NCBI GenBank assembly: GCA_033844555.1
Contig: JAJLJT010000095.1
Span: 1-47,999, forward strand
Reading direction: 5' to 3'
DNA from: Alphaproteobacteria bacterium
Lineage (GTDB): Bacteria > Pseudomonadota > Alphaproteobacteria > Futianiales > Futianiaceae
DNA length: 47,999 bases
This document shows positions 41,068 through 47,999 of the stretch, in pieces. A model generated the notes under the pieces. The model did no database searches. It was not told the DNA's origin and saw only the letters and a list, made by a program, of their open reading frames with translations. The translations under genes were made by a program, and so were the position numbers. Each line of letters opens with the position of its first letter. Positions within the stretch are counted from its first letter, which is position 1.

Positions 41068-42167
41068 GTTCCGCGTCCCTCGCGCCCGCTCATGAACTGG
41101 CCAAATGGCTTCAGCGCCTCGACATGGTCGCATACCACCTTTACCGCAACGAGGATCGGCACCGCCAGGAGAGCCCCCGCGACGCCCCAGATGTAGCCCC
41201 AGAACGTCACGCTGAGGAACAGCACGACGGGGTTCATGGTCAGCCGCCGGCTGAGTGCCATGGGCGTTATGAACTGCGATTCCATCGCGTTCGCGGCCAG
41301 GTAGATCGCTGGCCCCAGCATCGCCTGGCCAAGGGTCGGGAATGCGAGGATCGATGCAAGCCCGACCAGCAGGATGCCGAGCAGCGCCCCGAAATAGGGG
41401 ATGAAGTTGAGCACGGCCGCCGCAGCGCCCCACAGGACCGCGTTTTCCAGGCCGAGCAGATAGAGACCGGTGCCGATCACGAAGCCGAGGCATATATTGA
41501 TGATCGTGACGGTCAGCAGGTAGCGGGAGACATCCTTCTCCACCTGCCTGACCACAGAGAACGCCTTTCGCTTGTCAGCGAAACTGGGCATGACGCGCAC
41601 AAGCTTCTCGGTGAACATCTCGCCGACGGCGAGCAGGAAATAGAGCAGTACGAGCGTGGCCACGAGATGCAGGCCGACCGTCTGGACGGTCTGGGTCGCC
41701 CGCTCCAGCAAGCCGGGCGTCTTGATCACCACCTCTTCCGGCTGGTCGCCCCCGCCGCTGGCGGCCTGCTCCACCTCTTCGGAGGCCTTGCGCACCTTGT
41801 CGACGGGCTCGCGCAGCGCGTGCAGCTTGTACTGCAACTCGGCCGAGATCTGGGGCATCCGCTCCATCCACTCTGCGACGGGCTGCGACAGGCCGACGAA
41901 CCCCGCGGCGAGTCCACCGCTCAGCGCCAGGATGACGAGGGCGGCGCCGATGGGCGGAGGAATGAACCACCGCATCATCGCGCGGGTGACGGGTGTCAGC
42001 AGCAGGTTCAGGACGATCGCCGCGGTGACCGGAATGAAGAAGTCCGAGGCAACGTAAAGCGTGTACAGAACGGCGATGGCGAGGAGACCGTAGAGAGCAA
42101 GCGCGATGCTGGCCGCAGACGCCTGCCTGTGCCGCACGTCAGCGGACGGATCCTGCGATTGGCTCAT
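41064..42167 (-). CDS. AI-2E (PerM/TqsA) family transporter
   Basis: Multi-TM protein with LNFIPYFG and WGYIWGVAGALLAVP. Confidence 0.9.
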   Translation of the reverse strand: MSQSQDPSADVRHRQASAASIALALYGLLAIAVLYTLYVASDFFIPVTAAIVLNLLLTPVTRAMMRWFIPPPIGAALVILALSGGLAAGFVGLSQPVAEWMERMPQISAELQYKLHALREPVDKVRKASEEVEQAASGGGDQPEEVVIKTPGLLERATQTVQTVGLHLVATLVLLYFLLAVGEMFTEKLVRVMPSFADKRKAFSVVRQVEKDVSRYLLTVTIINICLGFVIGTGLYLLGLENAVLWGAAAAVLNFIPYFGALLGILLVGLASILAFPTLGQAMLGPAIYLAANAMESQFITPMALSRRLTMNPVVLFLSVTFWGYIWGVAGALLAVPILVAVKVVCDHVEALKPFGQFMSGREGRGT

Positions 42168-42244
42168 CTGTCAGGTACTCTCTGTCGAACCGCTGCCGCC
42201 GCGGGACTGCTGCGGCAGGGCGCATTTCTGCGATCGGAGAGAAG

Positions 42245-42270
42245 AACGCCGCCACCTGCTGCCGCGTTCC
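42245..42270 (-). promoter_or_regulatory. EcfG/sigmaT general stress promoter of the AI-2E gene
   Basis: Minus strand reads GGAAC-N17-CGTT, an exact consensus match about 80 nt upstream of the ATG. Confidence 0.7.
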
Positions 42271-42313
42271 GGGGGCAGAGGGGCAGCCCGCGCGGCCTGG
42301 CGGCCGGCGCCGT

Positions 42314-43063
42314 TCAGGCAAGCAGGCCCGTAACGCCGCTCCACAGCAAGCGTGCGGCCAGCGCCGTGAGCAGCAGATTGAGGACCAGGTGGAAGCGCGC
42401 GTCCGCCGTGCGCGCCAGGACCGCGCGGCCTGCCAGCGTGCCGAGGAAGCCCGCGGCAACCATTCCGGCCATCAGCGGGACCCACGGCGCGAAGGCAAAG
42501 CCCAGCACGCCGAACGCTGCGACCTTCACCCCGTGCTGCAGGACCATGCAGGCGGAAAACGTGCCCACATGCGTCATCCGGTCGAGCCGCAGCGTCTTGA
42601 CGACGCCTGCCACGAACGGTCCCGTCGCGCCGAAGAACATGGTGAGGAAGCTGGAGATCGCGCCGCCTGTAAGCAGGCCCGCCCGTCCGAGGCCGGGCTT
42701 CGGGCCCCAGGCGGAGTAGAGCACGAAGGCGGCGAGTCCGATCTGCACGAGTGCTGGCGGGAGGTCGACCGCGACGAGCCCTCCCGCCGCTGCCCCGGCG
42801 ACGCTTCCCGCGCCGAACGCGCCCAGCACCTCCCAGCGGACGTGGCGCAGCATCAGGAAGAAGCGGCCGACGTTCGAACCGAACTGGACGACGCCATGAA
42901 CCGGGATCAGGGCTGCCGGGGGCATGAGCACGGCCATGACCGCGATGAGGACCACCCCTCCGCCGATGCCGAAGGCCGCCGTGATGAAGGACGTTACCGC
43001 CGCGAGGCCGACGAGGGCGCCGGCGGCGAGCGTTCCAAGCTCCGGCGGGACAAGTTCGGGCAT
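42314..43063 (-). CDS. TauE/SafE family membrane exporter
   Basis: TAAFGIGGG, IPVHGVVQ and FFGATGP in a hydrophobic ~250-aa protein. Confidence 0.85.
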   Translation of the reverse strand: MPELVPPELGTLAAGALVGLAAVTSFITAAFGIGGGVVLIAVMAVLMPPAALIPVHGVVQFGSNVGRFFLMLRHVRWEVLGAFGAGSVAGAAAGGLVAVDLPPALVQIGLAAFVLYSAWGPKPGLGRAGLLTGGAISSFLTMFFGATGPFVAGVVKTLRLDRMTHVGTFSACMVLQHGVKVAAFGVLGFAFAPWVPLMAGMVAAGFLGTLAGRAVLARTADARFHLVLNLLLTALAARLLWSGVTGLLA

Positions 43064-43266
43064 CGTTGGGAACCTTTGCGGCTGTCGGGACCGGAGCGCC
43101 AGACTATCTCCCTCCGTCGGAACGGCGTCCATCGGCGGTAGCGGCCGTTCGGGTATTGCTGTCATGCGCGGTTGGGCTGGCCGCTGGCGACGCACCCCGG
43201 CATTGTGGACGTCGGCAGCGTCACGCGGGCCAGCCGCGGAGACAAGAGGCAAGGGATGCGGAACAC

Positions 43267-44334
43267 ATGAGCGAAGGCAGGAAGGCGGTCGTCGTCGGCG
43301 CGCTGGGCGTCATCGGGCGCTACATCGTGGAGCGGCTCGAGGCGGAGGGAGGATGGGAGATCGTCGGCCTGTCGCGCCGGCCGGCGCCCGACCGTCCGGG
43401 TGTGCGCCACGTTTCGGTGGACCTGCTGAACGAGGACGACGTCGCCGCCAAGATGGGCGCATGCGAAGGCGCGACGCACGTCTTCTACGCCGCTTTCCAG
43501 GGCGTCGAGGGGCATGCTTCGGGCTATGCGGCCAATGTCGCGCCCAACCTCGGCATGCTGGTCAATGCCGTCAGCGCGATCGAGCCCCTGTCGCCAAAGC
43601 TGCAGCGGGTCGTTCTGGTTACAGGGACCAAGACCTATGGCGTGCACCTCGGCCCCTACAAGACACCGGCGCGCGAGGACGACCCCCGCCACATGCCGCC
43701 CAACTATTATTTCGACCAGGTCGACTGGCTGACCGGCCGGCAGAGGGGCAAGGCATGGGACTGGGTCGAGCTTCGGCCCCAGACGCTGTGCGGCTTCGCG
43801 CCCGGCACCCCGATGAGCGTGGTGCCCGTGATCGGCGTCTATGCCGCGTTCTGCCGCGAGCTTGGGCTGCCATTCCGCTTCCCCGGCAAGGCAGGGGCCT
43901 ATACCACGATCTACCAGGCGACGGACTCGGGCCATTTCGCCGACGCCTGCCTGTGGGCGGCGACCGAGCCGCGCTGTTCCAACCAGGCCTACAACATCAC
44001 CAATGGCGACTATTTCCGCTGGTGCCACCTGTGGCCGAAATTCGCCGATTTCTTCGGCCTCGACCATGCGCCGCCGCAGACCATCTCGCTGACCCAGATG
44101 ATGGCGGACAAGGGTCCGCTCTGGGACCGCATCGTCGAGAAGCACGGACTTCAGCCCTACCGGCTCGACGAGATCGCGGCGTGGCCCTTCGCCGACTATG
44201 TGTTCGGCAGCGACTGGGACGTCATGTCGAACGTCACGAAGTCACGCCAGCATGGCTTCCACGCGGTCGTCGACAGCGAGGAGATGTTCCTGCGGCTGTT
44301 CGCGAAATTCCGCGACGAGAAGATCGTCCCCTGA
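43267..44334 (+). CDS. PRISE-like (progesterone 5-beta-reductase/iridoid synthase-like) SDR
   Basis: GALGVIG, GLSRR, TGTKTYG, PNYYFDQ, FRFPG, NQAYNITNGD and a C-terminal KIVP. Confidence 0.8.
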   Translation: MSEGRKAVVVGALGVIGRYIVERLEAEGGWEIVGLSRRPAPDRPGVRHVSVDLLNEDDVAAKMGACEGATHVFYAAFQGVEGHASGYAANVAPNLGMLVNAVSAIEPLSPKLQRVVLVTGTKTYGVHLGPYKTPAREDDPRHMPPNYYFDQVDWLTGRQRGKAWDWVELRPQTLCGFAPGTPMSVVPVIGVYAAFCRELGLPFRFPGKAGAYTTIYQATDSGHFADACLWAATEPRCSNQAYNITNGDYFRWCHLWPKFADFFGLDHAPPQTISLTQMMADKGPLWDRIVEKHGLQPYRLDEIAAWPFADYVFGSDWDVMSNVTKSRQHGFHAVVDSEEMFLRLFAKFRDEKIVP

Positions 44335-44437
44335 GCGAGACTGCGGCCGCGGGACTTGAACGGGGCGGCGGGAGCCCCATGCTAGGGACACCCCGGCAGG
44401 CGTGCCGAGGGGCGGCAGGCAAGGAGCAGGCACAGGC

Positions 44438-46033
44438 GTGGACAGGACGGCACACGAGGCACCTCTGACGGTCGCGGGCGATCTGGCGCGGGAAACCCAG
44501 CGGGCGAACCTCGAGCTTCGCAATGCGACCGAGGCCGACATCCCGGGCATCGTTGCGCTCGCCCGGCGCGTCTATCCGAAGGAACCGCCCTATTCGCGCG
44601 CGCAGATCCGCGGCCAGATCAACGCCTTCCCGCAAGGCCAGTTCGTCGTCACCTATGACGGCGAGGTGGTGGGTTATGCCGCGACCTTCATCGTGGCGGA
44701 GAAACTCGCGCTGTCCGACCATACATGGGAAGCGATCACCGGCGGCGGCTTTGCAGCGCGGCACGATCCGGAAGGCGATTGGCTCTACGGTATGGAGGTC
44801 TGCGTCGACCGCAGCCGGCGCCGGCTGCGTATCGGCCAGCGCCTCTACGACGCGCGCAAGCGGCTGGCGCGCGATCTCGATCTGAAGGGAATCGCGTTCG
44901 GCGGGCGGCTGCCCTCCTATGCCCGGCGGCGCAAGGCCTATCCCGATCCGCAGGATTATCTGGATGCGGTCGTGGCGAAGGAGATCCGCGATCCTGTCGC
45001 GTCCTTCCACATCCGTTCGGGGTTCGAGGCGCTGCGCGTGCTGCGCAACTACAACCCGGCCGACGTCGATTCCGGGGGCCATGCGAGCCTGATGGTCTGG
45101 CGGAACCCCTATTACGATCCGGAGCTTCAGCGGCAGTTCCGTCACCGGCGCGAGCCGGGCGTGGCGCGCATCACGACCGTGCAGTTCCAGGCCCGCGCCG
45201 TGAAGACGCCGGACGAGTTCTACGGGAATGTCGAGTATTTCGTGGATGTCGCGTCCGACTATGGGTCGGACTTCGTGGTGTTCCCTGAGTTGTTCACCTT
45301 GCAGTTGCTCGCGTGCGAGCAGGAGCGGCTGACGCCCGAGCAGGCGATCGAGCGGCTGAGCGATTACACGTCCAGCTTCGTCGAGCGGCTGAACGCCATG
45401 GCCATCGCCTACAACATCAACATCATCGGCGGATCGCACCCGACGCGCACCGAGGACGGCGAGATCCAGAACGTCGCCTATGTGTTCCTGCGCGACGGCT
45501 CCGTACACGCGCAGGAAAAGTTGCACCCTACGCCGGACGAACGGCACTGGTGGAACATCCAGGGCGGCGACCGTATCGACGCGATCCAGACCGACTGCGG
45601 TCCGATCGGCGTGCTGATCTGCTACGACAGCGAGTTTCCGGAACTTGCCCGCCGCCTCGTCGACCAGGGCGCGCGCATCCTGTTCGTGCCATTCTGCACG
45701 GATACGCGGCAGGGCTATCTGCGCGTGCGCTATTGCTGCCAGGCGCGCGCGGTGGAAAACCAGTGCTATGTCGTGACCTCCGGCAATGTCGGAAACCTGC
45801 CGCACGTGGAGAACATGGACATCCAGTACGCGCAGTCGGGAATCTTCACGCCCTGCGACTTTCCCTTCGCGCGCGACGGAATCGCGGCGGAGACGAGCGA
45901 GAATGTCGAGATGGTCTCGGTCGCCGACGTCGATCTCGCCAAGCTCTCCTGGGCGCGCACCCACGGCACGGTCCGCAATCTGGGCGACCGCCGCTTCGAC
46001 CTCTACAGGACCGTCTGGAAGGAAAAGGAATGA
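44438..46033 (+). CDS. GNAT acetyltransferase / carbon-nitrogen hydrolase fusion (YhcX-like)
   Basis: GNAT motif A (VCVD..RR..RIGQRLY) plus the nitrilase triad FPE, QEKLH, ICYD. GTG start after AAGGAG. Confidence 0.88.
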   Translation: MDRTAHEAPLTVAGDLARETQRANLELRNATEADIPGIVALARRVYPKEPPYSRAQIRGQINAFPQGQFVVTYDGEVVGYAATFIVAEKLALSDHTWEAITGGGFAARHDPEGDWLYGMEVCVDRSRRRLRIGQRLYDARKRLARDLDLKGIAFGGRLPSYARRRKAYPDPQDYLDAVVAKEIRDPVASFHIRSGFEALRVLRNYNPADVDSGGHASLMVWRNPYYDPELQRQFRHRREPGVARITTVQFQARAVKTPDEFYGNVEYFVDVASDYGSDFVVFPELFTLQLLACEQERLTPEQAIERLSDYTSSFVERLNAMAIAYNINIIGGSHPTRTEDGEIQNVAYVFLRDGSVHAQEKLHPTPDERHWWNIQGGDRIDAIQTDCGPIGVLICYDSEFPELARRLVDQGARILFVPFCTDTRQGYLRVRYCCQARAVENQCYVVTSGNVGNLPHVENMDIQYAQSGIFTPCDFPFARDGIAAETSENVEMVSVADVDLAKLSWARTHGTVRNLGDRRFDLYRTVWKEKE

Positions 46034-46734
46034 CCGGCCCTACCGATATCCGCACCGACGAAACGGTCCCGCCGGGGGCTGCCAGCCTCGCGGCCACCCG
46101 CTTCGTCGACGCTGACAACCCGAAGGTTCAGGCTTTCGCAGCGGAACACGCAGGAGAGGGGACAGACCTCGAACGCGCGGTCCGGCTCTACTATGCCGTG
46201 CGCGACGGGATCCGCTACGACCCCTACCGCATCACGCTGACGGCGGAGGGCTTGCGCGGGTCGTCTTGCCTGGAGAACGGGTACGGCTTCTGCATCACCA
46301 AGGCGGCGTTTCTCGCGGCCGTCGCACGCGCCGCCGGGATCCCCGCGCGGCTCGGCTTTGCCGATGTGCGCAACCACCTGGCGACGCCGCGGCTGCTCGA
46401 GCTGATGAAGACCGAGACCTTCTACTACCACGGCTATGTGAGCCTCTGGCTCGAGGGCCGCTGGGTGAAGGCGACGCCTGCCTTCAACATCGAGCTGTGC
46501 GAGCGGTTCGGCGTCGTGCCGCTGGAATTCGACGGGCGCAACGACTCCATCATGCATCCCTTCGACACCGCCGGGCGGCGCCACATGGAGTACCTGGACG
46601 AGCACGGCCTCTTCGAGGATCTGCCTTACGAGACAATCGTCGAGACGTTCCGCACGCACTACCCGGTGCTGGTCGCAGGCCACGTCCCGCAGGGCGACTT
46701 CCATGCCGAGGCAGCCGCAGCGCGCCAGGGCTGA
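46030..46734 (+). CDS. Transglutaminase-like domain protein
   Basis: YYAVRDGIRY, GFCITKA, RAAGIPARL, HGY and W.KATPAF. ATGA overlap and AAGGA RBS. Confidence 0.88.
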   Translation: MTGPTDIRTDETVPPGAASLAATRFVDADNPKVQAFAAEHAGEGTDLERAVRLYYAVRDGIRYDPYRITLTAEGLRGSSCLENGYGFCITKAAFLAAVARAAGIPARLGFADVRNHLATPRLLELMKTETFYYHGYVSLWLEGRWVKATPAFNIELCERFGVVPLEFDGRNDSIMHPFDTAGRRHMEYLDEHGLFEDLPYETIVETFRTHYPVLVAGHVPQGDFHAEAAAARQG

Positions 46735-46756
46735 CGCGCCAGGGCTGACGCGTCAG
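46721..46756 (+). repeat. 14-bp tandem duplication across the stop codon
   Basis: CGCGCCAGGGCTGA occurs twice (46721-46748), followed by a partial third copy. Confidence 0.85.
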
Positions 46757-46768
46757 GCCGGCAGCACG

Positions 46769-46807
46769 GAAAAAGGGCGCCGGGCCGCACGGTCCGGCGC
46801 CTTTCTC
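46769..46807. terminator. Bidirectional terminator between convergent genes
   Basis: A-tract, GGCGCCGGGCC-GCAC-GGTCCGGCGCC hairpin, then TTTCT. Confidence 0.75.
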
Positions 46808-46834
46808 ATGTCCGGCGGGTAGGGCTGGTCAGCC

Positions 46835-47999
46835 CTACTTTCCGCGCGGCTCGCTCATCAGGCCCTTGACGATCGCATAGCATGCGAGCAGCAGAAGCGC
46901 CGTGAAGGGCAGGCCGGTCGACACGGCTGCCGCCTGCAACGAACCCAGGCCGCCGCCCAGCAGCAGCGCGATGGCGACAAGCCCCTCGAACACCGCCCAG
47001 AACACGCGCTGCGGGACAGGCGCGTCGATCTTGCCGCCGGCCGTGATCGTGTCGATCACCAGCGAGCCCGAGTCCGACGAGGTCACGAAGAACACGATCA
47101 CCAGCACAATGCCGATCAGCGAGGTGATCGTCGCCAGCGGCAGGGCGTCCAGCATCATGAAGAGCTTGAGTTCCAGGTCGGCTTCGGCCACCGCCTGGTA
47201 GCCGTCGTTGACGATCTGGCTGATCGCCGTGCCGCCGAAGGCCGTCATCCAGAACACCGAGACGAGCGACGGGATCAGCAGCACGCAGACGATGAATTCC
47301 CGCACCGTGCGTCCGCGGCTGACGCGCGCGATGAACATGCCGACGAACGGCGACCAGGAGATCCACCACGCCCAGTAGAAGGAGGTCCAGCCTTGCGAGA
47401 AGTTCGCGTCCTCACGCCCGAACGGCATCGAGAGCGCTGGCAGATACTCGGCATAAGCTCCCAGGTTGGCGACGAACCCCGTGAGGATCGCGACCGTCGG
47501 GCCGACCAGCACGACGAAGATCAGCAGCAGCGCCGCCAGCACCATGTTGATCTCCGACAGCCGCTTCACGCCGGCGTCGAGGCCCGCGATCACCGACAGC
47601 AGGGCGACGCCGGTGATGGCGGTGATGAGGACGACCTTCGAGGCGTCCGATACGGGCACGCCGAACAGGAAATTCAGGCCGGAGTTTGCCTGCTCCGCAC
47701 CGAAGCCGAGCGAGGTCGCAAGGCCGAACAGCGTTGCGAACACCGCGATCGTGTCGATGACGTGGCCGGTCCAGCCCCACACCCGCTCGCCGAAGATGGG
47801 ATAGAAGATCGACCGGACCGACAGAGGCAGGCCCTTGTTGTAGGCGAAGATGGCGAGCGCGAGCGCCACGATCGCGTAGATCGCCCAGGGGTGCAGCCCC
47901 CAGTGGAAGATCGTCGCCGCCATGCCGAGACGGCGGGCCTCAAGCTCGTTGCCGGCGGCGCCCGCCAGCGGCGCCCAGCTATCGGGCGAGCCGGCGCCC
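46835..47999 (-). CDS. BCCT family (betaine/choline/carnitine) transporter, 5' end outside window
   Basis: FHWGLHPWAIY, WTSFYWAWWISWSPFVGMFIARVSRGRT and FFVTSSDSG. The frame is open to the window edge. Confidence 0.95.
   Translation of the reverse strand, partial: GAGSPDSWAPLAGAAGNELEARRLGMAATIFHWGLHPWAIYAIVALALAIFAYNKGLPLSVRSIFYPIFGERVWGWTGHVIDTIAVFATLFGLATSLGFGAEQANSGLNFLFGVPVSDASKVVLITAITGVALLSVIAGLDAGVKRLSEINMVLAALLLIFVVLVGPTVAILTGFVANLGAYAEYLPALSMPFGREDANFSQGWTSFYWAWWISWSPFVGMFIARVSRGRTVREFIVCVLLIPSLVSVFWMTAFGGTAISQIVNDGYQAVAEADLELKLFMMLDALPLATITSLIGIVLVIVFFVTSSDSGSLVIDTITAGGKIDAPVPQRVFWAVFEGLVAIALLLGGGLGSLQAAAVSTGLPFTALLLLACYAIVKGLMSEPRGK

Noticed and set aside
45313-46029. Long N-terminal part of the 45313-46734 ORF as a multidomain transglutaminase
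   Set aside because: Off-frame read of the nitrilase gene. The real start at 46030 has an RBS and an ATGA overlap.
38793-47999. Genomic island integrated at tRNA-Gly
   Set aside because: No integrase, no repeat of the tRNA 3' end noticed in the window, and no evident compositional shift.

Overview
A 48-kb chromosomal window from a high-GC Alphaproteobacterium. I found no mobile elements, CRISPR arrays or prophage genes. The flanks carry housekeeping genes: yggS, a UbiH-family hydroxylase, an amidase, glnK-amtB with NtrC/sigma54 sites, ftsK-lolA, xth, an orphan OmpR regulator, ribA, an L,D-transpeptidase, a sigma32-type cnoX-LON-Trm112-DUF971 operon, ProX, tRNA-Gly(GCC), Nudix-pit, AI-2E, TauE, a PRISE-like SDR, a GNAT-nitrilase plus transglutaminase pair, and a truncated BCCT transporter. 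The most interesting element is an 18.6-kb cluster at 11302-29894. It combines four glycosyltransferases, a histidine phosphatase, a deacetylase-fold protein, a family-5 ABC importer, a membrane class III nucleotide cyclase, a stand-alone cNMP-binding protein and an ABC exporter-like protein. The exporter's ATPase motifs are all degenerate and its helical subdomain appears triplicated. I infer a candidate cyclic-nucleotide-linked glycoside make/export/re-import system. Other leads are a structured ~185-nt ncRNA candidate upstream of xth and two possible nested inversions, the outer one bounded by a 10-bp inverted repeat. Start codons were chosen by eye and family calls come from motif recognition, not database searches.
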